Assembly (NCBI RefSeq): GCF_058153355.1
Contig: NZ_CM177019.1
Strand: one strand, 5' to 3'
Length of the DNA stretch: 64,000 nt
Part shown: positions 21,198 through 31,134 of the stretch, piece by piece
Numbering within the stretch: the stretch's first letter is position 1
How the letters are laid out: each line of letters opens with the position of its first letter
Notes under the pieces: model-generated
The model's database searches: none
What the model saw: the letters and a program-made list of their open reading frames with translations, nothing else
What the model was told of the DNA's origin: nothing
Program-made: the position numbers and the translations under genes

Positions 21198-22121
21198 ATG
21201 AATAATTTACCGCTGCTGAACGATTTGCGCGTCTTTATGCTGGTGGCTCGCCGGGCTGGTTTTGCCTCCGTGGCAGAAGAATTGGGCGTTTCACCGGCGT
21301 TCGTCAGCAAGCGCATCGCCTTGCTGGAGCAAACGCTAAACGTGGTGTTGTTACACCGCACCACCCGCCGCGTCACCATTACCGAAGAAGGAGAGCGGAT
21401 TTATGAATGGGCGCAGCGGATTTTGCAGGATGTCGGTCAAATGATGGACGAACTTTCTGACGTGCGTCAGGTGCCGCAGGGGATGCTGCGTATTATCAGC
21501 AGCTTTGGTTTTGGACGACAGGTAGTGGCTCCGGCGTTATCAGCGCTGGCGAAAGCGTATCCGCAACTGGAATTACGTTTTGATGTGGAAGACCGGTTGG
21601 TCGATTTGGTCAATGAAGGTGTCGATCTCGATATTCGCATTGGCGATGACATCGCCCCTAATTTAATCGCCCGCAAACTGGCGACCAATTATCGCATTCT
21701 CTGCGCTTCGCCGGAATTTATTGCGCAACATGGCACGCCGAAACATTTAACCGATCTTTCTGCACTGCCATGTCTGGTCATTAAAGAGCGCGATCATCCT
21801 TTTGGTGTCTGGCAATTACGCAATAAAGAAGGCCACCATGCGATTAAAGTCACCGGCCCGCTGTCGTCTAATCATGGAGAAATTGTCCATCAGTGGTGTC
21901 TCGATGGGCAGGGGATTGCTCTGCGCTCCTGGTGGGATGTTAGCGAAAATATTGCCAGTGGACATTTAGTGCAAGTGCTACCGGAGTATTACCAGCCAGC
22001 AAATGTCTGGGCCGTTTATGTTTCAAGGCTGGCGACGTCAGCGAAAGTGCGGATAACGGTAGAATTTTTACGCCAGTATTTTGCCGAGCACTACCCGAAT
22101 TTTTCACTGGACCACGCCTGA
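21198..22121 (+). CDS. dmlR: LysR-family transcriptional regulator of dmlA
   Basis: ORF 21177-22121; start at ATG 21198 (MNNLPLLNDLRVFMLVARRAGFASVAEELGVSPAFVSKRIALLE...) giving 307 aa; HTH LysR N-terminus. Confidence 0.9.
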   Translation: MNNLPLLNDLRVFMLVARRAGFASVAEELGVSPAFVSKRIALLEQTLNVVLLHRTTRRVTITEEGERIYEWAQRILQDVGQMMDELSDVRQVPQGMLRIISSFGFGRQVVAPALSALAKAYPQLELRFDVEDRLVDLVNEGVDLDIRIGDDIAPNLIARKLATNYRILCASPEFIAQHGTPKHLTDLSALPCLVIKERDHPFGVWQLRNKEGHHAIKVTGPLSSNHGEIVHQWCLDGQGIALRSWWDVSENIASGHLVQVLPEYYQPANVWAVYVSRLATSAKVRITVEFLRQYFAEHYPNFSLDHA

Positions 22122-22229
22122 TTAATGATTCAATTATCGGGTTGATATCAGGTTAAACCCTGATTTTCTCCTTTCTAAGCCGCTAGAGATTGGTTAGCAT
22201 ATTCACCTTTAATCGCGCATGATCGATAG

Positions 22230-22886
<657 letters not shown>

Positions 22887-22893
22887 TGCTTTC

Positions 22894-22922
22894 AGCCCGC
22901 GTTATCGCGGGCTTCCTGCCTG
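22894..22922 (+). terminator. possible terminator after leuE
   Basis: AGCCCGCG-TTAT-CGCGGGCT hairpin 8 bp after the leuE stop; downstream U-tract is weak. Confidence 0.4.
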
Positions 22923-22968
22923 TAATCTTTCCTTATTCATCGCTGATACGGTGCTAAAGAGTAACCAA

Positions 22969-22991
22969 TAAATGGTATTTAAAATGCAAAT
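22969..22991 (+). promoter_or_regulatory. NsrR-type operator upstream of yeaR-yoaG
   Basis: TAAATGGTATTTAAAATGCAAAT resembles the NsrR consensus AAGATGCATTTAAAATGCATCTT; yeaR-yoaG is a known NsrR-repressed operon. Confidence 0.45.
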
Positions 22992-23058
22992 TATCAGGCG
23001 TACCCTGAAACGGCTGAAATAAACTGTTTTCAGCACATTCATCGAAGGAGGGAAAAGG

Positions 23059-23418
23059 ATGCTGCAAATCCCACAGAATTATATTCATACGCGCTCAACG
23101 CCTTTCTGGAATAAACAAACTGCGCCTGCCGGAATATTCGAACGTCATCTTGATAAAGGAACGCGCCCGGGGGTTTACCCACGCCTTTCCGTTATGCATG
23201 GGGCGGTCAAATATCTCGGCTACGCTGATGAACACAGTGCAGAGCCTGATCAGGTGATCCTTATCGAAGCGGGGCAGTTTGCGGTGTTTCCGCCAGAAAA
23301 GTGGCACAACATAGAAACCATGACTGACGATACTTATTTCAACATTGACTTCTTCGTTGCTCCTGAAGTCCTGATGGAAGGCGCGCAACAACGGAAAGTC
23401 ATTCATAACGGGAAATGA
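23059..23418 (+). CDS. yeaR: DUF1971-family protein, nitrate/NO-inducible
   Basis: 119-aa ORF MLQIPQNYIHTRSTPFWNKQTAPAGIFERHLDKGTRPGVYPRLSVMHGAVKYLGY...; synteny. Confidence 0.9.
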   Translation: MLQIPQNYIHTRSTPFWNKQTAPAGIFERHLDKGTRPGVYPRLSVMHGAVKYLGYADEHSAEPDQVILIEAGQFAVFPPEKWHNIETMTDDTYFNIDFFVAPEVLMEGAQQRKVIHNGK

Positions 23419-23421
23419 ATC

Positions 23422-23604
23422 ATGGGCAAAGCAACGTATACCGTGACCGTTACCAATAACAGCAATGGTGTTTCTGTTGATTACGAAACAGAGACGCCGA
23501 TGACTTTGCTGGTGCCAGAAGTGGCGGCTGAAGTGATAAAAGATCTGGTGAATACCGTGCGTTCTTATGACACGGAAAACGAACATGATGTTTGTGGTTG
23601 GTAA
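23422..23604 (+). CDS. yoaG: DUF1869-family small protein
   Basis: 60-aa ORF MGKATYTVTVTNNSNGVSVDYETETPMTLLVPEVAAEVIKDLVNTVRSYDTENEHDVCGW, 4 bp after yeaR. Confidence 0.88.
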   Translation: MGKATYTVTVTNNSNGVSVDYETETPMTLLVPEVAAEVIKDLVNTVRSYDTENEHDVCGW

Positions 23605-23737
23605 TTATCACTGATCGTTGATGGCGCAATTTCTGCGCCATCGCAAAAAAATCCTCCGTGATGCTTGTCACAAATCTTGCCCTCCTGATGTTGTGCTATG
23701 CTTTTTATCAGCGACTAACCCGCTAATGCAAAACAGA

Positions 23738-23986
23738 TTGGGCATTCTGTCATGGATTATTTTTGGGCTTATTGCCGGTATTCTGGCGAAGTGGATCATG
23801 CCAGGTAAAGATGGTGGTGGATTCTTTATGACTATCCTGCTGGGGATAGTCGGTGCCGTAGTCGGCGGATGGATCAGCACGCTGTTTGGCTTTGGTAAAG
23901 TCGATGGCTTCAATTTTGGCAGCTTCGTGGTTGCCGTTATTGGTGCGATTGTCGTGCTGTTTATCTACAGAAAGATCAAAAGTTAA
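23738..23986 (+). CDS. yeaQ: GlsB/YeaQ/YmgE-family small membrane protein
   Basis: ORF 23618-23986; start placed at TTG 23738 giving 82 aa (M)GILSWIIFGLIAGILAKWIMPGKDGGGFFMTILLGIVGAVVGGWISTLFGFGKV... Confidence 0.85.
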   Translation: MGILSWIIFGLIAGILAKWIMPGKDGGGFFMTILLGIVGAVVGGWISTLFGFGKVDGFNFGSFVVAVIGAIVVLFIYRKIKS

Positions 23987-24001
23987 CGCGTAAATTGCAC
24001 A

Positions 24002-24034
24002 AAGGCTGCACACAGGCAGCCTTTGCTATTTTTT
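24002..24034. terminator. rho-independent terminator after yeaQ (probably bidirectional, also 3' of yoaJ)
   Basis: AAGGCTGC-ACACAG-GCAGCCTT hairpin followed by T6; A-rich on the other side. Confidence 0.7.
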
Positions 24035-24044
24035 AGATGTGACG

Positions 24045-24119
24045 TTACCACCATCCCAACTCAGTGCCGAGTACGACAATAATCGCCACACCCATCATAA
24101 TAATCGTTGTTTTTTTCAT
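24045..24119 (-). CDS. yoaJ: small membrane protein (24 aa)
   Basis: Minus strand ATG...TAA encoding MKKTTIIMMGVAIIVVLGTELGWW; matches the known K-12 small protein YoaJ; not in the ORF track (under 60 aa). Confidence 0.75.
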   Translation of the reverse strand: MKKTTIIMMGVAIIVVLGTELGWW

Positions 24120-24121
24120 CT

Positions 24122-24220
24122 TTATGCTCCCGGGGCAGCATAGCCGCCAATAAAAAACCATGCTAAAAATACGACCGCTGTAATAAAGATTACAACCGGA
24201 AAAATAATACCGATTCGCAT
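24122..24220 (-). CDS. yoaK: small membrane protein (32 aa)
   Basis: Minus strand encoding MRIGIIFPVVIFITAVVFLAWFFIGGYAAPGA; matches the known small protein YoaK; 2 bp upstream of yoaJ. Confidence 0.75.
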   Translation of the reverse strand: MRIGIIFPVVIFITAVVFLAWFFIGGYAAPGA

Positions 24221-24252
24221 GTTATCACCAATCAAAAGGATGTGAATACGCC

Positions 24253-25278
24253 TCAGGAATGTAGCGCTGGATGCGCGACAAAAGGGGTTTTCTGTTTGTG
24301 TTTTTTCTCCTGATACATCGCGATATCGGCAGCATGCAGGGCGCTGTCTGCATCGGTCGTTTCAGGATCGACTTCTACTATGCCAAGACTGGCACCAGGA
24401 TAATACAAATCAACATCACCTAGGTGATATTCTCCACGTATTTGCTGTTGAATACGTTCTCGCAGCGATGGAATATCCGCATTCTCATTGTTCAGTGAAA
24501 CAACTAAAAACTCATCACCGCCGAGACGACCAATAACTTCGCCATTTTGCTGGAGTGTATTAAGGCGCTCGCCAACCTGAATAAGAAACAGATCGCCACT
24601 ATTATGACCAAAACGATCATTGATTAATTTGAAGTTATCCAGATCGATAAATGCGATCATTATCTTATGGTTAAGATGCCTCGCAAGAGAAAACAGCGTC
24701 GTCAGGTTTTCAAAAATCGCCCGCCGATTCGGTAGCCCGGTTAACGAGTCGGTATACGATTGCGCAATCAGCGCAGCATTAGCTTCGCGCAACTGTTCAA
24801 CCAGCGCCTCTTTTTGAATATATTGTGCAATCAGCCCGGCGAATAACTGCAAAACCTGTTCCGCGTGTTCACTCCACTGGCGCTTCTCACTGCTGGCGGC
24901 GCAAAGCGTGCCATAGAATGATCCATCCGGTAAGTGAATTGGCGTGCTCAGAAATGTGGTGATGCCAAGATTGCGTGCCGCAATACAGTCGCCCCAACGG
25001 TCGGGGACTTCATCGCTGAAAAAGCAGTTTTCATCAATGGCGCGTTTGCATAACGAGTAATCCCACGAGACGGTAAAATTCTCCGGGATGTGCATTTTCT
25101 GGCTATTACGGGCAAACATAATATGCTGCAGGCGCGCTTCGACATCCACTTTGGTCAGGTAGGTTGACTCCATATCAGTGACTATTTCCAGCATCTCCAG
25201 AAGCTGTCGGACCAGACTTTCCAGTGACTGTTCTTTGGCAAGGGATTGCGAGACACGGGCGATAATCTGATCTGACAC
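24253..25278 (-). CDS. dgcP: diguanylate cyclase (GAF-like sensor + GGDEF)
   Basis: ORF 24253-25407; start at GTG 25276-25278 ((M)SDQIIARVSQSLAKEQ...) giving 341 aa; intact GGDEF motif (RLGGDEFLVV). Confidence 0.88.
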   Translation of the reverse strand: MSDQIIARVSQSLAKEQSLESLVRQLLEMLEIVTDMESTYLTKVDVEARLQHIMFARNSQKMHIPENFTVSWDYSLCKRAIDENCFFSDEVPDRWGDCIAARNLGITTFLSTPIHLPDGSFYGTLCAASSEKRQWSEHAEQVLQLFAGLIAQYIQKEALVEQLREANAALIAQSYTDSLTGLPNRRAIFENLTTLFSLARHLNHKIMIAFIDLDNFKLINDRFGHNSGDLFLIQVGERLNTLQQNGEVIGRLGGDEFLVVSLNNENADIPSLRERIQQQIRGEYHLGDVDLYYPGASLGIVEVDPETTDADSALHAADIAMYQEKKHKQKTPFVAHPALHS

Positions 25279-25460
25279 GAAACAACTCCAGGATACGGCG
25301 GGTAAATGCTGATTATTTAATCTTTGCAGGCATGATAAAACATCATCAACAAAGATGAAACAAGACGTAATATGTTTTGAGTGAATGTAATAAAAATAGT
25401 GCTGCAAAACAAAACGATACCGCGATACTCTAAGCTTGGATAAATGTGTGAGATCAATAA

Positions 25461-25715
25461 ATGAAAATTATCAGTTTTGCTCTGCCTTGCTTGCTGGTCC
25501 TGGCTGGCTGTTCAACCCCTTCTCAGCCTGAAGCACCTAAACCGCCGCAGATTGGTATGGCGAATCCGGCGTCGGTCTATTGCCAGCAGAAGGGCGGGAC
25601 GCTCATTCCTGTGCAGACAGCACAAGGGGTCAGCAATAATTGCAAATTACCGGGCGGTGAAACGATTGATGAATGGGCATTGTGGCGACGGGACCATCCG
25701 GCTGGTGAAAAATAA
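25461..25715 (+). CDS. yoaF: DUF333 lipoprotein
   Basis: 84-aa ORF MKIISFALPCLLVLAGCSTPSQPEAPKPPQIGMANPASVYCQQKGG...; lipobox LAGC. Confidence 0.88.
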   Translation: MKIISFALPCLLVLAGCSTPSQPEAPKPPQIGMANPASVYCQQKGGTLIPVQTAQGVSNNCKLPGGETIDEWALWRRDHPAGEK

Positions 25716-25736
25716 CCGCCGGATGCTGCACTAAAA

Positions 25737-26093
25737 TCACAAGCTACGTAGCCAGTCTGCCAGCACCAGCGCATGGTTCTGCGTGGTGTTTTTTGCTGAG
25801 TAGAGCAGGGTTAGCGGCTGTTTTTTGGCGATGTCTGCCAGCCGCTTTCCTGCTTGCTCGTGTTGCGCCAGTTCTGCAAGATATTGCTCGCGAAAGGTTG
25901 CAAAATCGACGACTTCGCCGACTTCGCCGTGAAAGGCTTTGCGCAGTTCCGTTGACGGCGTGATTTCTTTATCCCACTCATCAAGGGCTAAATCGGTTTT
26001 TTTGATACCACGCGGCCAGAGGCGGTCGACCAGTACGCGATAACCATCGCTCTGTTCTGCCGGATCATAAACGCGTTTGCACTGAATATTCAT
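25737..26093 (-). CDS. yeaO: DUF488-family protein
   Basis: ORF 25737-26114; start at ATG 26091-26093 (MNIQCKRVYDPAEQSDGYRVLVDRLWPRGIKK...). Confidence 0.85.
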   Translation of the reverse strand: MNIQCKRVYDPAEQSDGYRVLVDRLWPRGIKKTDLALDEWDKEITPSTELRKAFHGEVGEVVDFATFREQYLAELAQHEQAGKRLADIAKKQPLTLLYSAKNTTQNHALVLADWLRSL

Positions 26094-26147
26094 CGTGTTT
26101 GTTCTCCCTTCCACGCATGATTGGTCACGTCACTATAGCACCGGATA

Positions 26148-27329
26148 TTAGCGAATTTCTTTGTCTCTCCCGGCGCAAAGTCCGAAAATCGCCATCAGTA
26201 GTGAAAGTATGGCAACACCCATCAATGGTATGGACCAGTCACCGTTAGCATCGTGTATTTTACCCATCAGTGGCGGCCCACAGGCTGCCAGCAAATACCC
26301 GACGGATTGTGCCATCCCCGAGAGTGCCGCCGCCTGATGCGCAGAACTTGCCCGCAGACCAATGAACGTCAACCCCAGTATCATTGTTGCGCCGGAACCA
26401 AAACCGAAAAGCAGAGTCCAGGTTATCGCGTGTGCTGGCATAAAGCAGAGCCCAACCGCGCCCACTGCGCACATCAAGGCAACGAACGCTGCAATACCAC
26501 GCTGATCTTTCACATGATGTAAGAAAAGTGGGATCAGCAAACCGGGAGCTGCTGTGGCTAGTTGCAGCAAACCATGCAGTGAACCCGCCTGTGCTTCGCT
26601 ATAGCCGTGACTGATGAGGATCGCCGGAAGCCAGCCAATAATCACGTAATAGACGAGTGAGTTGATCCCAAGAAACAATGTTACCTGCCAAGCAAGCGGC
26701 GAACGCCAGATACCCCGAGTATGTAAGGCGCGTGAGGTACTCAAATTTGCATGTTGTTGACTTCGCCACTGTGGCAGCCATAAAAAAAGAGCCAGCAGAG
26801 GAAAACACATCAGCATGAGCAACGCGCCTTGCCAGCCAAAACCGTTCAAAGCCAGCGGCACGACCATAGCCGATCCCAGTGCCGCCGCAGCTCCCATTGT
26901 CAGGGAATATGCGCCGGTAAGTCTGGCGACGGAATGAGGGAAATCGCGTTTAATTAATCCTGGCAGTAAGACATTGCCTAATGCAATCCCACCGCCAATG
27001 ACCGCTGTACCGCCAAATAATAAGTAAGGCGAAGGGAGAGAGCGAATTGCAATACCAGCACAGATCAAAAGTAACGCGGCAAACAGGCTACGTTCCATAC
27101 CAAAACGTCGCGCCACCGGGGCGGCCAGCGGTGAGATTAGCGCAAAGGCTAATAATGGCAGGGTGGTCAATAAGCCGGTTTGCGCCGTCGTTAGCGAGTA
27201 AGCGGAACGAATCGTATCCAGTAACGGTGCTGCGCCGGTAAAGGTGACGCGTAATGTTGTGGCAATCATCAGAATGCCAGCGATAAGGACAATCCTGTTT
27301 TTACCGCTTAATGAAGTTGAACAGGTCAT
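26148..27329 (-). CDS. nimT: MFS transporter (2-nitroimidazole exporter)
   Basis: 393-aa 12-TM ORF; divergent from the AraC-family gene nimR, as for K-12 yeaN/yeaM. Confidence 0.88.
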   Translation of the reverse strand: MTCSTSLSGKNRIVLIAGILMIATTLRVTFTGAAPLLDTIRSAYSLTTAQTGLLTTLPLLAFALISPLAAPVARRFGMERSLFAALLLICAGIAIRSLPSPYLLFGGTAVIGGGIALGNVLLPGLIKRDFPHSVARLTGAYSLTMGAAAALGSAMVVPLALNGFGWQGALLMLMCFPLLALFLWLPQWRSQQHANLSTSRALHTRGIWRSPLAWQVTLFLGINSLVYYVIIGWLPAILISHGYSEAQAGSLHGLLQLATAAPGLLIPLFLHHVKDQRGIAAFVALMCAVGAVGLCFMPAHAITWTLLFGFGSGATMILGLTFIGLRASSAHQAAALSGMAQSVGYLLAACGPPLMGKIHDANGDWSIPLMGVAILSLLMAIFGLCAGRDKEIR

Positions 27330-27425
27330 ATGCTTCTCATTGTTACAAACGAGGCTGTACCTTACCGTTTTTATTGTTATGTTGAATCAAGCTAAAATGA
27401 CAAAATATCGCTAAATTCGGACAAA

Positions 27426-28247
27426 ATGATGCACAGGTTGAATCTCAATGGCTATGAACCCGACCGACACCATGAAGCCGCGGTCGCATTTTGTATTCAC
27501 GCCGGAACGGATGAGTTAACCAGTCCTGTACATCAGCACCGCAAAGGGCAGTTGATACTGGCACTACATGGTGCAATTACCTGTACGGTGGAAAATGCGT
27601 TGTGGATGGTGCCGCCACAATATGCGGTTTGGATACCGGGCGGGGTGAAACATAGCAATCAAGTGACAGCTAACGCTGAACTCTGTTTTCTGTTTATAGA
27701 GCCCAGCGCAGTGACAATGCCGACAACATGTTGCACATTGAAAATATCGCCCTTATGCCGGGAATTAATTTTAACCCTGGCAAACAGGACGACGACTCAG
27801 CGTGCTGAGCCGATGACCCGCAGATTAATTCAGGTCCTGTTTGATGAACTGCCTCAGCAGCCACAACAACAGCTGCACCTGCCCGTTTCTTCTCATCCTA
27901 AAATCCGCACGATGGTGGAGATGATGGCGAAAGAGCCCGTCGAGTGGGGGTCATTGGGCCAATGGGCTCGCTTTTTCGCGATGAGTGAACGCAATCTTGC
28001 CCGGCTGATAGTGAAAGAGACGGGGTTGAGTTTTCGCCAGTGGCGTCAGCAGTTACAGTTGATTATGGCGCTTCAGGGATTAGTGAAAGGCGATACAGTA
28101 CAGAAAGTTGCACATACGCTGGGGTATGATTCAACAACGGCCTTTATTACTATGTTTAAGAAAGGCCTGGGGCAAACGCCAGGCCGATATATTGCGGGAT
28201 TAACTACTGTTTCCCCACAATCAGCGAAACCAGACCCGCGGCAATAA
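27426..28247 (+). CDS. nimR: AraC-family transcriptional regulator
   Basis: 273-aa ORF with cupin-like N-terminus and C-terminal AraC HTH ([28 protein letters not shown]). Confidence 0.88.
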
Positions 28248-28650
28248 GCGGGCCAACCGGTACGCCGCGAAACAGCGCCACGCCCAAAACAGTGCCCACC
28301 AGCAGCCCGGCGACCAGTTGCGGCTAGCTGCCCATTAACGTCACGCCGCGCCCACCTAGCCAGGAGACAATAACGCCTACTGCAATTGCCACCAGCGATT
28401 TCCAGTTCAGAAACGAGTGAATCAGGGGTGAGGGCGGTAGCGTCCCGCTGGCGATGGGGGCCATAACGCCAATAGTCAGAATGATTATCCCGATACTTAG
28501 CCCCTGTTTTTCAATCCACGGGAAAAAGGTGCTTAACGGTGTGACGCGGACAATGATCAACACCAGAATTGAAACGGCGACAGTGGTGTTATGACTGATA
28601 AAGCCCAGCGCAGCTAACCCGAGCAGGATCAGCAAAGTGACATCAAACAT
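28204..28650 (-). pseudogene. yeaL: UPF0756/DUF441 membrane protein gene interrupted by an in-frame amber codon
   Basis: Frame opens at ATG 28648-28650 ([23 protein letters not shown]...) and hits TAG at 28324-28326 after 108 codons; the same frame continues [39 protein letters not shown] to a stop at 28204-28206, which would give the 148-aa length I recall for K-12 YeaL. Confidence 0.55.
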
Positions 28651-28749
28651 CGTGGTTTCCTTGCCAAAAAAAAATAAGCCTGCTTACTTTACGCTTGCTG
28701 CAGGAAGGAGGTACAAAATCTTTATGTTTTTTGCATAAATTCAGGCGTA

Positions 28750-28767
28750 CTGTCATCAAACTGCCAT
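28750..28767 (+). promoter_or_regulatory. Pho box (PhoB binding site) upstream of yoaI
   Basis: CTGTCAT-CAAA-CTGCCAT matches the direct-repeat Pho-box consensus (CTGTCAT-N4-CTGTCAT), about 50 bp upstream of the yoaI ATG. Confidence 0.45.
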
Positions 28768-28816
28768 TTGTACACGCTATCAATAACGTGAAAACAGTTA
28801 TCTCCCGGGGCATACC

Positions 28817-28921
28817 ATGAACGATCAAATGTTCGTTGAGACACTGATTATCACGTCATCGTTTTTTGTTATTGCTGTTGTGCTAGTTTTGTCCGTTCTG
28901 CTTATTGAACGGACAGGCTAG
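28817..28921 (+). CDS. yoaI: small membrane protein (34 aa)
   Basis: ATG 28817 to TAG 28919-28921 encodes [34 protein letters not shown], matching the known small protein YoaI; under the 60-aa track cut-off. Confidence 0.75.
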   Translation: MNDQMFVETLIITSSFFVIAVVLVLSVLLIERTG

Positions 28922-29425
28922 TTACGCAGTGCGGCGGAAATTCACCAGTTCTGGTTGCGCAATGCGCAGATAATCCGCAGTTTTCAAAATAACGGATTTA
29001 TTCAGCATGCCTGCATTAAAGGCGATTTCATCGAATCGCTCGAAGAGCAATGGGTCGGCGACCAGTTTGAGTTTTGGATGGAAGCTGAAAGGGGGGATCG
29101 CGCCAAAGACACAGCCTGTCAGTTCATCGACTTCCGCAGGACTGGCCAACGAAGCGCGTAATCCGCCTATATGACTGGCGAGTTGGCTCAGATCGGCCTG
29201 TTGATCGGCAGCGAGGATCGCCAGAACATGTTGATTCACGCCATTGCCTTTGACTTTACATACCAGCGCTTTTGCACCCTGGCCTAAAGCGGTGCCACGA
29301 ATTTCTGACACCGCTTCACATTTACCTACCGCTTCGTGGGTAACGACGCGGAAGTCAGCACCTTCTTGTGATAATAAAGCGATTAACCGCTGATGCGTCA
29401 CGCTTCCTTTAGCCATTTCAGTCAT
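28922..29425 (-). CDS. yeaK: YbaK/ProX-like aminoacyl-tRNA deacylase
   Basis: 167-aa ORF MTEMAKGSVTHQRLIALLSQEGADFRVVTHEAVGKCEAVSEIRGTALGQGAKALVCKV... Confidence 0.88.
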   Translation of the reverse strand: MTEMAKGSVTHQRLIALLSQEGADFRVVTHEAVGKCEAVSEIRGTALGQGAKALVCKVKGNGVNQHVLAILAADQQADLSQLASHIGGLRASLASPAEVDELTGCVFGAIPPFSFHPKLKLVADPLLFERFDEIAFNAGMLNKSVILKTADYLRIAQPELVNFRRTA

Positions 29426-29463
29426 TTCACGCTCCTGAGATTACAAACAACCACAGAAGATTA

Positions 29464-30954
29464 TCATGAACGGCTGTTTTTGTTCTGCTTATTGACATAT
29501 AAACGCTCATCGGAAGCTTTATACGCATCATGTAACGTATCGTTTTCTTTCATCGCATAAATACCGGAAGAAAAGCCGATCTCTTTTTGCGGCGCGATAT
29601 GTTGCAGACGTTTTTCGATACGTTCAGGCAGTTGTGCTGCAATTTGCGGCGTCGAATCGACAAGAATGATGCAGAATTCATCGCCACCGAGTCGGATGGC
29701 ATAATCACTTTTACGAATCGACTGTTTAATCGCCTGAGCTAATAACGTAATCGCTAAATCTCCTTCCTGATGACCGAGCGTGTCATTTATTTGCTTTAAC
29801 TTGTCCATGTCAATTGCAATAAACATCACCGAAGAACCAGATTGCACCAGTTTTTGCAACCGCTGCTCCAGTTCAGGGGTTAATATTTTGCGATTATACA
29901 GTCCGGTCATCGCATCACTAATATTTTCTCGCGACACGTTTTGGTATAAACGGAAGTGCATCCGGACCATATTCAGCAAAATTAACGCCGTCAAAATCCA
30001 GAACAGAACGCTTTTCCACGAAGACGTGATAAAGTAAAGAATATCAATGGATAACGAGACACGAATACCGCCCGGTAAGTCATGGACGTAACTGACATAC
30101 TGGAACAGATTATCTTCGCTCTGGTTGATGATAATGTCGCGCCCTGAATCTGTATCAGTTAGCGTGACATTGAGAAAACGCCAGAGGAGAGGGCGGTCAT
30201 GAGTGTAAAAGATATTCCGCAGATTGTTTTTGTTAATATCCAGCAGCACAATCCCTTTTAGCTGCCCTGCGACATATACCGGCGTCAGCAAACTCATCAC
30301 GTTCTGTTTAGTACGCTGATCCTGGTAAATGCTCGATAATACGGTACGCCCGGTAAATACCTTTTCAATATCTTTGCGATCGATGCCAATACTTCCTGAC
30401 TGCAGGAAGGACCAGTTATTCATCGCAAAGTACTCAACATTAACCGGCTCATAAAAATAGACATAGCGGTCATTGAGATCGAGATAATAGTGAAATTTCT
30501 CTTCGGCCATTCCAAGACCTGAACCGTAATCATCCTGGTGGCGGTTGCCTTCCACTGCCTGATCAAAAGCGGGTAATAGTGCTGCAGCTTCCACAATTGT
30601 GTCGCAGTCAGTGGATGCGGTTTGTAGTGTGCCGCGTAAGCCCGGGTATTTATGGGCAGTCAGGTTTAAGCCATGGGTATTATTGGCAGACTCAAAAGCC
30701 TCGCAGATGGCGCGCCGCTGTTCTGGCGACACTTCCGACTGCTCAGCAGCGAGAGCGCGCATCACATGCGCGGCAATACTCTGATTCTGATACTTATCAT
30801 AAAGAAAGGAGGAATCTGCTCTCTGCACGATATAGCGCAGATAGGCACTCATTGCTCTGTCGCTGGCGACAAGTTCAAAAATAAGGAAGGAAGATGTCAG
30901 CACAATGACACTTGCGGCGATAAAATGCCGGAGCATTCTATGGTGCAATTTCAT
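29464..30954 (-). CDS. dgcJ: diguanylate cyclase (membrane-anchored, periplasmic sensor + GGDEF)
   Basis: ORF 29464-31134; start at ATG 30952-30954 (MKLHHRMLRHFIAASVIVL...) giving 496 aa; intact GGDEF (RLGGDEFCIIL). Confidence 0.88.
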   Translation of the reverse strand: MKLHHRMLRHFIAASVIVLTSSFLIFELVASDRAMSAYLRYIVQRADSSFLYDKYQNQSIAAHVMRALAAEQSEVSPEQRRAICEAFESANNTHGLNLTAHKYPGLRGTLQTASTDCDTIVEAAALLPAFDQAVEGNRHQDDYGSGLGMAEEKFHYYLDLNDRYVYFYEPVNVEYFAMNNWSFLQSGSIGIDRKDIEKVFTGRTVLSSIYQDQRTKQNVMSLLTPVYVAGQLKGIVLLDINKNNLRNIFYTHDRPLLWRFLNVTLTDTDSGRDIIINQSEDNLFQYVSYVHDLPGGIRVSLSIDILYFITSSWKSVLFWILTALILLNMVRMHFRLYQNVSRENISDAMTGLYNRKILTPELEQRLQKLVQSGSSVMFIAIDMDKLKQINDTLGHQEGDLAITLLAQAIKQSIRKSDYAIRLGGDEFCIILVDSTPQIAAQLPERIEKRLQHIAPQKEIGFSSGIYAMKENDTLHDAYKASDERLYVNKQNKNSRS

Positions 30955-31134
30955 GATAAATGGCACTCCTTCGGTTAGTGAAACGAGAAAACCAGATAAA
31001 GTTCGATTGCGGCCTGGCACAGGGGCGCTAATTATACTCATCTCTGCGCCGCTGGGGAGGGGAAATTTAGGGGTAATAGTAATAAATTGTATGCAAAAGC
31101 CACGCAAAAAGCATGGCTCTGAATATTTTTGCAC

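Noticed and set aside
23608-23645. Hairpin GATGGCGCA-ATTTC-TGCGCCATC followed by A7 in the yoaG-yeaQ spacer
   Set aside because: Stem is followed by an A-run on the plus strand and preceded by a U-run on the minus strand, so it is not a canonical intrinsic terminator for either strand; function unclear and no further support.
28705-28738. Mini-ORF ATG-TTT-TTT-GCA-TAA preceded by AGGAGG, upstream of the Pho box at yoaI
   Set aside because: Only 4 codons; SD spacing (13 nt) is longer than optimal and the region is also the yeaL promoter on the other strand; most likely chance. Would need ribosome profiling to revive.
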